From the NCBI GenBank assembly GCA_018716505.1, contig DVJW01000036.1:1-56057 (forward strand): a stretch of 56,057 nucleotides of DNA, read 5' to 3'. The DNA is from Candidatus Faecaligallichristensenella faecipullorum (GTDB taxonomy: Bacteria; Bacillota; Clostridia; Christensenellales; Aristaeellaceae). The notes beneath the pieces were generated by a model. The model was not told the DNA's origin. It saw nothing but the letters and a program-made list of their open reading frames with translations, and ran no database searches. The translations under genes and the position numbers were made by a program. This document shows, one piece after another, positions 21,892 through 30,562 of this stretch; position 1 is the first letter of the stretch; the number at the start of each line of letters is the position of its first letter.

Positions 21892-23747
21892 AATCTCCGA
21901 TCATTTCCGGCCGCTATGAGCTAAAGGAAATCGTGGGTACCGGCGGCATGTCGGTGGTGTATCGCGCCTGGGATTTAAAGTACGGCCGCGAGGTTGCGGT
22001 CAAGGTGCTGAGGCGCGAGTACATTGAGGATGAGGACTTTATCCGGCGCTTTAATCATGAAGCTCAGGCCGCCTCGAAAATGTCCCATCCCAATATCGTC
22101 AACATGCTGGACGTGGGCCAGGACGGGGAGATCCGCTATATTGTCATGGAGTATGTCAAGGGCCAGACCTTAAAGGAGCTGATTCGCAAGAGCGGCCGTA
22201 TCCGGCCCGCCCGGGCGGTTCAGATGACCATGCGAATTCTGGCCGCCGTGGATCATGCCCATCGAAATCATATCGTGCATCGGGATATAAAGCCTCAAAA
22301 CATCCTGGTGGACGAAAACGGCGTGGTTAAGGTGGCGGATTTCGGCATTGCCCGGCTCACCACCTCCAGCAGCACCCTGACCCAAAACGACGGGAATGTG
22401 CTGGGCTCGGTTCACTATTTTTCACCGGAGCAGGCCAATGGATTGGTGGCCGATGAAAAGAGCGACTTGTACTCGGTGGGTGTGGTGCTGTATGAAATGG
22501 TCACCGGACAGGTGCCCTTTGACGGGGATTCGCCCATATCCGTGGCGCTCAAGCACGTTCGCGAGGCCCCGCGCAGCACGCGTACCTTGAATCCCGAAAT
22601 CAGCCGGGGGCTGGATGAAGTCATTTTAAAGGCGCTGGACAAGGATTCCTCCCGCCGGTATCAGAGCGCGGCCGAAATGGCCCAGGATTTAAAAAAGGCG
22701 ATGCGCATGCCCGGGGGCGGCTTTGTGCGCTATCCCGACATGGGGGGCGCGGTGTACCATGTGGAGCAGGAGAAGTCCCGGCCGCCCGTGCGCAAGCGGC
22801 GAATCTGGCCGGTGGTGCTCTGCCTTGCATTGCTTGTGGTGTTGATAACCGTGGGGCTGTTCATGACTGTGGGCAGGAGAATGATCAATGACTTGATTAA
22901 GCAGCTCTATGTGCCCAATGTGGTATTCATGGATAGCGAACAGGCGCAGCAGACCCTGCAGGAGGCGGGATTGAGCGCGAGCTTGTCCAGCCGCCATGAC
23001 GAAACCGTGGAAGCAGGGGTGGTTATTGAACAAAATCCCGCGGCGGGCAGCCTGATTTGGCCGGGCTCCAGTGTTCGCATTGTGGTCAGCGAGGGGCAAG
23101 AGACCGTTATGATGCCCTCGCTGTTGGAACTCACCCGGGCCGAGGCGGTTTCGGAGCTGGAGGCGCGGGGGCTGAAATTGGAAACGGTGGTGCTGGAAAC
23201 CTCAGAGGCCCCGCCGGGCACGGTCATCAGTCAGGAACCCAAGGCCAACGAATGGGTGGCCCCGGGAACCGGGGTGGAGCTGCATATCAGCGGCGAAAGC
23301 GCGCCGGTGCCTGAGTTGACCGGCAAGACCCTGAGCGAGGCAGAAGATGCGCTGCAGGTGGCAGGATTCGGTTTGGGTACGGTGACCGAGCAGTATTCGG
23401 CGGACGCGCGCCCGGGCCAGATTATCGGCCAGAGCATATTGCCCCAAACCGTGACCTTACTGGGCACGCCCATCGGGGTAACGGTGTGCCAGGAATTGCC
23501 GGATACCTATAGAAAACAGGCCAGCTTCAAGGTGGAGATTAAAAAGAATGAAAGCTCGGTGCGCATTGTGCTGGTCAGCCCGTCCTCAGGGGAACGCGAG
23601 GTTTATGCGCAGACCCTGAATAAGGGCAGCCAGAGCATCAAGCTGGATCTGGATAATGCGGTGGAAGAGGCTTGCGAGCTCAAGTTGTATGTGAACGATG
23701 AGCTGGTGGAGACCAAAGAGATTGTCTTTGAAGCGCAGGAGGAGTAA
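21888..23747 (+). CDS. prkC: Ser/Thr protein kinase PrkC with a TM segment and extracellular PASTA repeats
   Basis: Hanks kinase motifs (VAVKVL, HRDIKPQNIL, DFGIA, SPEQ), a TM helix (WPVVLCLALLVVLITVGLFM) and three PASTA-like repeats. The start overlaps the stp stop. Confidence 0.95.
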   Translation: MKSPIISGRYELKEIVGTGGMSVVYRAWDLKYGREVAVKVLRREYIEDEDFIRRFNHEAQAASKMSHPNIVNMLDVGQDGEIRYIVMEYVKGQTLKELIRKSGRIRPARAVQMTMRILAAVDHAHRNHIVHRDIKPQNILVDENGVVKVADFGIARLTTSSSTLTQNDGNVLGSVHYFSPEQANGLVADEKSDLYSVGVVLYEMVTGQVPFDGDSPISVALKHVREAPRSTRTLNPEISRGLDEVILKALDKDSSRRYQSAAEMAQDLKKAMRMPGGGFVRYPDMGGAVYHVEQEKSRPPVRKRRIWPVVLCLALLVVLITVGLFMTVGRRMINDLIKQLYVPNVVFMDSEQAQQTLQEAGLSASLSSRHDETVEAGVVIEQNPAAGSLIWPGSSVRIVVSEGQETVMMPSLLELTRAEAVSELEARGLKLETVVLETSEAPPGTVISQEPKANEWVAPGTGVELHISGESAPVPELTGKTLSEAEDALQVAGFGLGTVTEQYSADARPGQIIGQSILPQTVTLLGTPIGVTVCQELPDTYRKQASFKVEIKKNESSVRIVLVSPSSGEREVYAQTLNKGSQSIKLDLDNAVEEACELKLYVNDELVETKEIVFEAQEE

Positions 23748-23749
23748 AC

Positions 23750-24625
23750 TTGACCGGGACGATATTAAAGGGCGTGGGCGGATTTTATACGGTTTTGTCT
23801 GAATCCGGCGAATGCTATACCCTGCGCGCCCAGTCCAAATTGCGCCGGCAGCGCATCACCCCCCTGGTGGGGGATCGGGTGACCTTTACCCCGGGACAAG
23901 GGGAACAGCACGGCTGGCTGGAGGCGGTTATGGAGCGCAAAAATCAGCTGGTTCGCCCGCCCATCGCGAATATCGACGCGCTGGCGTTGGTGGTGGCCGC
24001 GGGCGCGCCCGAGCCGGATCTGCTGCTGGTGGATCGAATGCTGTTGTATGCCCGGGAAAACGGCATAGAGCCCCTGCTGGTGATCAATAAATGCGATCAG
24101 GACGAAGGAAAAAAGCGGGAAATTGAAAGCCAGTATGCGGGCGCAGGAATTGAAATCTTTGGGGCCAGCGCCCAAACGGGAGAGGGGATCGAGGCGCTGA
24201 AGCGGGCGCTTCAGGGCAAAATACACGCCTTGGGCGGTCAATCCGGGGTGGGCAAGTCCAGCTTGATCAACGCGATGTACGGCCTGTCCCTGCAGACCGG
24301 GGATATCTCCGAAAAGATTGAGCGCGGCAAAAACACCACACGCCATTCCGAGCTCATTCCCTTGGACGGGGGCGGTATGGTGCTGGACACCCCGGGTTTT
24401 AGCCTTTTGGAGCTTAAGCTCATGGATCCTGGCCTGCTGGAGGCGGGCTATCCCGAGTTTCAGGGGCTGGAGCCCTGCCGGTTCAGCCCGTGTGCCCATA
24501 TTGCCGAACCTGGTTGCGCGGTGCGCCGGGCGGTGGAGGAAGGCGCCATTGACCGGGGGCGCTGGGCACGATATAAGGTATTATACGAAGAGATGAACAA
24601 GAGGTGGAAAGAGCGCTATGACTAA
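23750..24625 (+). CDS. rsgA: Ribosome small-subunit-dependent GTPase A
   Basis: TTG start; ...LLVINKCD..., GQSGVGKSSLIN, DTPGF, and C-terminal Zn cluster C..C.H..EPGC. Confidence 0.9.
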   Translation: MTGTILKGVGGFYTVLSESGECYTLRAQSKLRRQRITPLVGDRVTFTPGQGEQHGWLEAVMERKNQLVRPPIANIDALALVVAAGAPEPDLLLVDRMLLYARENGIEPLLVINKCDQDEGKKREIESQYAGAGIEIFGASAQTGEGIEALKRALQGKIHALGGQSGVGKSSLINAMYGLSLQTGDISEKIERGKNTTRHSELIPLDGGGMVLDTPGFSLLELKLMDPGLLEAGYPEFQGLEPCRFSPCAHIAEPGCAVRRAVEEGAIDRGRWARYKVLYEEMNKRWKERYD

Positions 24626-25262
24626 GATTTCGGCATCATTGCTGGCTGCGGATTTCCTCAATTTGGAAAAAGAAGTTTTGCGCATGAAGGATGCGGGCGC
24701 GGACTATCTGCATTACGATGTGATGGACGGCAGTTTTGTGCCCAATATCAGCTTTGGTATGGGCATTCTCAAGCAGGTGAGTGCGCTCAAGGCCCTGGAT
24801 ATGGACGTGCATCTGATGATCGAGCAGCCCGAGCGCCATATCGAGGCCTTTGCCGAGTGTGGGGCGCACATCATCACCGTGCATGCCGAGGCCACCCGCC
24901 ATCTGCACCGGGTGCTCACCCAAATCCGGAGCCTGGGCTGTCTGGCCGGGGTTTCGCTCAATCCGGCCACCGGGGAAGAGGCGCTGAAATATGTGCTGGG
25001 TGAATTTGATCTGGCGCTGGTCATGACCGTCAATCCGGGCTTCGGCGGCCAAAAGTTGATTCCCGCCACCTTGAACAAAGTGGCCGCCATTCGCAAGATG
25101 CTGAAGGAAGCCCAGGTGTCCGCCCGGATCGAGGTGGATGGCGGGGTGGGCGCGGATAACGCGCAAACCCTGGTCCGGCAGGGCGCGGATATCCTGGTGG
25201 CCGGATCGGCGCTCTTTGGGGCGAAGGATCCGGCGGCGCTCATTAAAGTTATGAAGGGTTGA
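24618..25262 (+). CDS. rpe: Ribulose-phosphate 3-epimerase
   Basis: ISASLLAADF...LHYDVMDG.FVPNISFG...MTVNPGFGGQK...VDGG. Confidence 0.95.
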   Translation: MTKISASLLAADFLNLEKEVLRMKDAGADYLHYDVMDGSFVPNISFGMGILKQVSALKALDMDVHLMIEQPERHIEAFAECGAHIITVHAEATRHLHRVLTQIRSLGCLAGVSLNPATGEEALKYVLGEFDLALVMTVNPGFGGQKLIPATLNKVAAIRKMLKEAQVSARIEVDGGVGADNAQTLVRQGADILVAGSALFGAKDPAALIKVMKG

Positions 25263-25311
25263 ACCCCGCCGCCTCCCAAGGCATAGTATACAGCAATGGG
25301 AGGGGAGGCAC

Positions 25312-25512
25312 ATGAGAACGAATTGTCATACGACTTCGACGCGGGTCCAGGTGGCCTCGCGGGGCGGTGGCGGCATCCTGCACACGGTGGGATTCTGGAT
25401 GATGATCCTGGGCGGCTTGCTGACGCTGTGCTTTGTGCCCTGCTGGCTTTGGCCGGCGGTATTGGGCATTCTTTTGGTTGTCATTGGTTTTTTGCTTTGG
25501 ATTTTCTTTTGA
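25312..25512 (+). CDS. Small membrane protein (two TM helices)
   Basis: GGAGGGGAGG SD followed by a hydrophobic 66-aa ORF ending ...LLVVIGFLLWIFF. Confidence 0.5.
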   Translation: MRTNCHTTSTRVQVASRGGGGILHTVGFWMMILGGLLTLCFVPCWLWPAVLGILLVVIGFLLWIFF

Positions 25513-25514
25513 TT

Positions 25515-25558
25515 TAAGCGGCGGATGGCGCGATGGATGAGGCGCCGTTCGCCGCTTA
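25515..25558. terminator. Bidirectional hairpin between convergent genes (small membrane ORF / rpmB)
   Basis: TAAGCGGCG ... CGCCGCTTA outer stem with an inner GGCGC/GCGCC stem. Confidence 0.6.
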
Positions 25559-25696
25559 CTTAAATCCCAGTCGAGGAACGAGAATACAGTCCGCGCCGTT
25601 TTCAACCCCTGCCAGGCGTATTATCCCTTGTACACTGAGGGCAAAGACAACAAAAAAACGCGGCCTATTTTGGCCACGTTATTTTGCGGGAAGCGA

Positions 25697-25888
25697 TTAC
25701 AGCGCACGCTCAACCTTGCCGCTGCGCAGGCAACGGGTGCACACCGACATACGGGTGGGCGTTCCGTTGACGATCACTCGAACTTTCTGAGTATTGGGAG
25801 CCCACACTCGACGGGTTTTACGATTGGAATGGCTCACGTTATTGCCGGACACCACTCCCTTATGGCACACTTCGCAGAATTTTCCCAT
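25697..25888 (-). CDS. rpmB: 50S ribosomal protein L28
   Basis: MGKFCEVCHKGVVSGNNVSHSNRKTRRVWAPNTQKVRV.... Confidence 0.95.
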   Translation of the reverse strand: MGKFCEVCHKGVVSGNNVSHSNRKTRRVWAPNTQKVRVIVNGTPTRMSVCTRCLRSGKVERAL

Positions 25889-25938
25889 TGATCACACCTC
25901 CTTCGCTAAGGCGCGCTAATTGCATCAAAACAAGAGAT

Positions 25939-25967
25939 ATTATATCATCAGCGGCCGCTTTTTGCAA
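25939..25967 (-). promoter_or_regulatory. rpmB promoter
   Basis: Minus strand: TTGCAA (25967-25962), 17 nt, TATAAT (25944-25939). Confidence 0.6.
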
Positions 25968-26079
25968 GTATTTTCTGGCCGCTTAGGGTTAAATCCGGCG
26001 CCTTACTCAAATTTCATACGAAAGATTCCCGGAAAAGACGGGAAAACGCCATGTTTAAACTTGGAAATGGCCCGGGCGC

Positions 26080-26108
26080 TTGCATGAACGGGCAAAATCC
26101 TGTATACT
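26080..26108 (+). promoter_or_regulatory. asp23-yloV promoter
   Basis: TTGCAT (26080-26085), 17 nt, TATACT (26103-26108). Confidence 0.6.
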
Positions 26109-26192
26109 ATTACCATGAAGGCTTAAGCAAGGGGCGGTCCGGCTAACCGGGGCGCTTGTTATTGAGGCAACCTTATAATGGAGGTCCGTCCT

Positions 26193-26543
26193 ATGGATTG
26201 TAAATTCAAAACCGAATTGGGCACTGTAACAGTGAATGAAGAGGTGCTGCTCAAGGTGGCCGGCTATTCCGCGCTGGAATGCTACGGAATCGTGGGTATG
26301 GCCGCCAAGCGGAGCACCGATGGCTTTGTGCAGCTTTTGGGCAGGGAAAACCTGGGCCGCGGCGTGCGGATTCGCGCCAATGACGACAGCCTGGAAGTGG
26401 ATCTGTTTATTATTGTGGAATATGGGATCTCCATTAGCGCGGTGGCGGCCACGATCATCGAAACCGTGAAATACAAAATTGAGCACCTTACCGGCATTGC
26501 GGTCAACCGTGTCAACGTGACGGTTGAGGATATCCGCGTGTAA
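26193..26543 (+). CDS. Asp23/Gls24 family envelope-stress protein (YloU-like)
   Basis: ...GTVTVNEEVLLKVAGYSALECYGIVGMA...VDLFIIVEYGISISAVAATIIETVKYKIE.... Conserved partner of YloV. Confidence 0.9.
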   Translation: MDCKFKTELGTVTVNEEVLLKVAGYSALECYGIVGMAAKRSTDGFVQLLGRENLGRGVRIRANDDSLEVDLFIIVEYGISISAVAATIIETVKYKIEHLTGIAVNRVNVTVEDIRV

Positions 26544-26576
26544 CGCGCGCAAGAGTCGGGATAGGAGGGGAAGAGT

Positions 26577-28220
26577 TTGCCGATTACATCGATCGATGGA
26601 GTTATGCTCAAGGAGATGTTCCTTTCGGGGGCCGCCTTGTTGGAGCGCAACCGTCAAAATGTGGACGCCTTAAATGTTTTCCCGGTGCCGGATGGCGACA
26701 CCGGAACCAATATGTCCCAGACCATGAGCGCCGCGGTGCGCGAGCTGAACGCGCGCAGCGCGCCCACGGTGGGCGATGTGGCCAACACCGTGGCCCGGGG
26801 CGCGCTTAAAGGCGCCCGGGGCAATTCGGGCGTTATCCTGAGCCAGATTTTCCGGGGGATTTCCCGGGTGTTGGACGGGGCCGAGGAAATGGATGCCCAG
26901 CTGTTTGCAAAAGCGCTGCGCCAGGGCGCGGATACCGCCTACAAGGCGGTTATGAAGCCCAAGGAGGGCACCATCCTCACTGTGGCCCGGGTAATCGCCG
27001 AGGACCTGGAAAAAGAGGTCTTGAAGACCAATGACCTGATGGAGCTCATGGAGTTTGTGCTCAAAAGCGGCGACGCGATTTTAAAGAAGACCCCGGAGAT
27101 GCTTCCGGTGCTCAAACAGGCGGGCGTGGTGGATTCGGGCGGAAAAGGGCTGATGGTGCTCTATGCCGGCTTTAACGCGGCGCTGCATGGCGAACCCATA
27201 GAGGATATGGAGCTGAACCAGGCCGCGGGCATGACCCTTCCGGGGGAATTTGTGGATGACCATGAGGCGCTGGAGGAAATCACTTTTGCCTATTGCACCG
27301 AGTTTATCGTCTCCCATCCCAAGCCCGAGGTTAGGGACAGCGACGTGGCCCGGTTGCGCAAGCGATTGGAGCGCATTGGCGACTGCGTGCTGGTGATCGG
27401 CGATTTGGAGGTTATCAAGGTTCATGTGCACACCAATGATCCGGGCAAGGCGCTGCAAATGGCGCTGGAACTGGGGGAATTGGACGCCATAAAGATCGAC
27501 AACATGCTGGAGGAGCATCGCGAGCGCCAGGCCAAGATGGAGGCCCAGGCCGCCGCGCAGCCCAAGAAATTCGGCATGGTGGCCGTGGCCCTGGGCGACG
27601 GCCTGGTGGAAATCTTAAAGGATTTGCAGGTGGACAAGGTGGTGGATGGCGGCCAAACCATGAACCCCAGCATAGAGGACCTGCTGGAGGCCATTGAGGC
27701 GGTCAATTCCAACGAAATCTTTGTGCTGCCCAATAACTCCAACATCATCCTGGCCGCCCAACAGGCCGCCGAACTCACCGAAAAGACGGTGCATGTGCTG
27801 CCCACCAAGTCGGTGCCCATGGGCATCGCGGCCGCGGTGGCCTTCCAGGAGGAGCTGAGCGGCGAGGAAAACGAACGCCAGATGGATATCGCGGCCTCCA
27901 ATATGCATACCGGATCGGTGACCTACGCGGTTCGGGATACCAATTTCGACGGCAAGGACATTCACCAAGGCGATATCATGGGGTTGATCGACAACAAGAT
28001 CAGCACTTTGGGCCATGAAGCCGATGAGGTTTCCATGGAAATCCTGGATCAAATGGTAACCGACGACAGTGGGTTGATTACCATTTTCTACGGCGAAGAG
28101 GTGGCCGAAGAAGATGCGCGGGCCCTGTACGACCGGGTGGTGGAAAAATACGAGCTTTGCGATGTGGAAATCCATCGGGGCGGCCAGCCGCTGTATTATT
28201 ATCTGCTGGCCGTGGAATAA
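26577..28220 (+). CDS. yloV: DAK2-domain fusion protein YloV
   Basis: TTG start; ...LNVFPVPDGDTGTNM...ARGNSGVILSQ... (Dak2 phosphatase-domain signature) plus a C-terminal DegV-like half. Confidence 0.9.
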   Translation: MPITSIDGVMLKEMFLSGAALLERNRQNVDALNVFPVPDGDTGTNMSQTMSAAVRELNARSAPTVGDVANTVARGALKGARGNSGVILSQIFRGISRVLDGAEEMDAQLFAKALRQGADTAYKAVMKPKEGTILTVARVIAEDLEKEVLKTNDLMELMEFVLKSGDAILKKTPEMLPVLKQAGVVDSGGKGLMVLYAGFNAALHGEPIEDMELNQAAGMTLPGEFVDDHEALEEITFAYCTEFIVSHPKPEVRDSDVARLRKRLERIGDCVLVIGDLEVIKVHVHTNDPGKALQMALELGELDAIKIDNMLEEHRERQAKMEAQAAAQPKKFGMVAVALGDGLVEILKDLQVDKVVDGGQTMNPSIEDLLEAIEAVNSNEIFVLPNNSNIILAAQQAAELTEKTVHVLPTKSVPMGIAAAVAFQEELSGEENERQMDIAASNMHTGSVTYAVRDTNFDGKDIHQGDIMGLIDNKISTLGHEADEVSMEILDQMVTDDSGLITIFYGEEVAEEDARALYDRVVEKYELCDVEIHRGGQPLYYYLLAVE

Positions 28221-28234
28221 AAATTGGAAAACAA

Positions 28235-28262
28235 GGCCCGTCTGCCGGATTGGCGGACGGGC
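28235..28262 (+). repeat. Copy A of a 28-bp direct repeat; it forms an 11-bp hairpin but has no U-tract
   Basis: GGCCCGTCTGCCGGATTGGCGGACGGGC is identical to 28488-28515. Stem GCCCGTCTGCC/GGCGGACGGGC (one G-U pair), loop GGATT. Confidence 0.95.
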
Positions 28263-28487
28263 TCAGCGTGTCGAGAAAATCGACACGCTGTCAGGAAAAT
28301 GAATGCTTCATTTTCCTGAGTTGCATCATTTTCCTGTCACCTTCGGTGGCGGCCGGAAAATGATAGAGGAAGCGGCCACCTGGGCCGCTCCTCGAACCGG
28401 CGAAGCCGGTTCTGCGGATTGAATATGAAGGGGCTGTGGCCCCTTCATGCATCCCCAGAGTAATAAATTGGGCTTTTTGACAGTTTG

Positions 28488-28515
28488 GGCCCGTCTGCCG
28501 GATTGGCGGACGGGC
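28488..28515 (+). repeat. Copy B of the 28-bp direct repeat
   Basis: Identical 28-mer to 28235-28262, here followed by TTTTT. Confidence 0.95.
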
Positions 28516-28520
28516 TTTTT
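28489..28520 (+). terminator. Rho-independent-terminator-like hairpin plus U5, ending 23 nt before the recG ATG
   Basis: 11-bp GC-rich stem, 5-nt loop, TTTTT (28516-28520). The recG SD GGGAGG is at 28532-28537. Confidence 0.6.
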
Positions 28521-28543
28521 CGGAACAAGGCGGGAGGTAAAGA

Positions 28544-30544
28544 ATGGATATTGCGCTGAATAAGCTGCCCGGGATCGGGCCCGCGCGGCTGAAGGCGCTG
28601 GAAGACGCGGGGATCTTTTCGGTGCGCCAGTTGGTGGAATACCTGCCTCGCTCCTATCGCAACCTGTCGGACAGGCGTCCGCTGGCCAGCCTCAAGGTGG
28701 GGGATGAGGCCGCGGTCAGCGTGCGGGTGTCCGGCGGGGTAAACGAACACAGGAGCGGGCGGCTGCTGATTACCAAAGCCTATGTGGAGGACGATTCCGA
28801 CCGCATGGCCGTCGTCTGGTACAATCAGCCTTGGCTAAAGCGTCAGCTGAGTCCGGGGAAACCGCTTTTGCTGTATGGGCGGGTGGAGGCCAAGTATGGC
28901 TCCATCGCCCTGGTGTGCCCGGTTTTTGAACAGGGGGACGGACTGGTTCCGGTGTATAAACCCATTCCGGGGATGAGCAACAAGTTGCTGCGCCAATGTA
29001 TATCGGACGCGCTCAGCGTCTGCGAAGGCCAATGGCCGGATGAGTTGCCCGAATCCATCCGCATGAAATACCGCCTTTGCGAGCGCAATTATGCCATGCT
29101 CAACGCCCATAATCCCATCAGTCTCGAGGCGTTGGAGGCGGCCAGGCGGCGGATATCCTTTGAAGAGCTGTTGTTGTATCAGGTTTCCCTTTGGCTGCTG
29201 CGGGGCAGTCATGAAACCGGTGTTTGCATTGAGGCCTCGGCGGAAGAGGCCGATGCCTATTGGGCCAGCCTGGGCTTTGAGCCCACCCGGGCCCAGCGGC
29301 GGGTGTTGGAAGAGATTCAAAGGGATATGGCCGAGAGCGCGCCCATGGCCCGGCTGGTCCAAGGCGACGTGGGCTGCGGCAAGACGGCCATCGCCTTTGG
29401 CGCGCTGTATCTCTGCGCGCTGCATGGCTGGCAGGGCGCGCTGATGGCCCCCACCGAGATTCTGGCCGGGCAGCATCTGGAAACCGCCCAAAAGGTGCTG
29501 GAGCCCCTGGGCATTCGATGTGGATTGCTCACCGGCAGCTTGAGCGCCAAGCAGCGCAAGGAGGCCCGGGAGCAAATCGCCAGCGGGGAGTGGCAGGTGG
29601 TCATCGGCACCCATGCCCTGATTTCCGAGGGCGTGGAGTACAAAAACCTGGGGTTGGTCATCACCGATGAGCAGCACCGCTTTGGGGTCAAACAGCGCAC
29701 CAAGTTGGGGGCCAAGGGCCAGGGGCCCAATGTGTTGGTGATGTCGGCCACCCCCATCCCGCGCACCCTTTCGCTGATCCTGTACGGCGATCTGGACATC
29801 TCCATTGTGGACGAGCTGCCCCCGGGGCGAACCCCGGTGCGCACCAGCATTGTGCCCGAGCGCAAGCGGGCGGATATGTACGGCTTTTTGCGCCGGGAGG
29901 TGGAAGCCGGGCGCCAGGTGTATATCGTCTGTCCGCTGGTGGAGGAATCCGAAGCCCTGGAGGCCCAGTCGGCCCAGCAGCTCTATGAGCGCCTCAGGGA
30001 TCACGAATTCAAGGATATTGAGGTGGCGCTGGTGCATGGGAAGATGCGGCCCCAGGATAAGGACGACGTGTTGAACCGGTTTCACGCGGGCCAAATCAAG
30101 GTGCTCATCTCCACCACCGTGATCGAGGTGGGCATCAATGTGCCCAACGCCAGCGTGATGGTCATCGAAAACGCCGAGCGCTTTGGCTTGGCCCAGCTGC
30201 ATCAGCTGCGTGGACGGGTGGGCCGGGGCAGCCAGGTTTCCTGGTGCTTTTTGATGGCCGAGCCCAATGAGCGGTTGAAGCTCATGACCCAGACCAACGA
30301 CGGCTTTTTGGTGGCGCAAAAGGATTTGGAGCTGCGCGGGCCGGGCGAGATCTTCGGCGAGCGCCAGAGCGGACTGGCCGCACCCACGGCCGGGGCTTTG
30401 CTGGCCGATACCGCCATGCTCAAGGAGACCCACGACGCGGCGCGCTTGCTCATGAAAGATGCCGGAAGTCCGGACAGCCAGACGGTCATTCGCCTGGCCA
30501 AACAGGTGTTTGAGCGCAGGTTCCAGGAAGTTGCGCTGAACTAA
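28544..30544 (+). CDS. recG: ATP-dependent DNA helicase RecG
   Basis: Wedge domain followed by MARLVQGDVGCGKTAIA, ITDEQHRFGV, MSATPIPRTL and QLHQLRGRVGRG. Confidence 0.95.
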   Translation: MDIALNKLPGIGPARLKALEDAGIFSVRQLVEYLPRSYRNLSDRRPLASLKVGDEAAVSVRVSGGVNEHRSGRLLITKAYVEDDSDRMAVVWYNQPWLKRQLSPGKPLLLYGRVEAKYGSIALVCPVFEQGDGLVPVYKPIPGMSNKLLRQCISDALSVCEGQWPDELPESIRMKYRLCERNYAMLNAHNPISLEALEAARRRISFEELLLYQVSLWLLRGSHETGVCIEASAEEADAYWASLGFEPTRAQRRVLEEIQRDMAESAPMARLVQGDVGCGKTAIAFGALYLCALHGWQGALMAPTEILAGQHLETAQKVLEPLGIRCGLLTGSLSAKQRKEAREQIASGEWQVVIGTHALISEGVEYKNLGLVITDEQHRFGVKQRTKLGAKGQGPNVLVMSATPIPRTLSLILYGDLDISIVDELPPGRTPVRTSIVPERKRADMYGFLRREVEAGRQVYIVCPLVEESEALEAQSAQQLYERLRDHEFKDIEVALVHGKMRPQDKDDVLNRFHAGQIKVLISTTVIEVGINVPNASVMVIENAERFGLAQLHQLRGRVGRGSQVSWCFLMAEPNERLKLMTQTNDGFLVAQKDLELRGPGEIFGERQSGLAAPTAGALLADTAMLKETHDAARLLMKDAGSPDSQTVIRLAKQVFERRFQEVALN

Positions 30545-30562
30545 TTTTAAGGAGGAGAGACC

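Larger units (their letters stand above)
28236..28520 (+). other. Array of eight consecutive near-perfect hairpins in the yloV-recG spacer. Candidate structured RNA, or a miniature inserted element flanked by the 28-bp repeat.
   Basis: Hairpins: A 28236-62; H1 28264-90 (11 bp); H2 28291-319 (13 bp); H3 28325-64 (10 bp plus an inner CACC/GGTG stem); H4 28366-93 (11 bp, one bulge); H5 28394-412 (8 bp); H6 28425-48 (10 bp); B 28489-515 followed by T5. Confidence 0.6.

Noticed and set aside
28221-28543. I considered whether the hairpin block is a CRISPR array, an SRP/6S-type RNA, or encodes leader peptides.
   Set aside because: Not CRISPR: the stems all differ in sequence and have no fixed period. 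Not 6S-like: the ends are direct repeats, not inverted ones. Not SRP: CCGGAA...GGAAGCGGCC only superficially resembles SRP domain IV, and the conserved GGAA/AGCAGC symmetric-loop context is missing. The only ORFs are 6-20 codons long and lack SDs.
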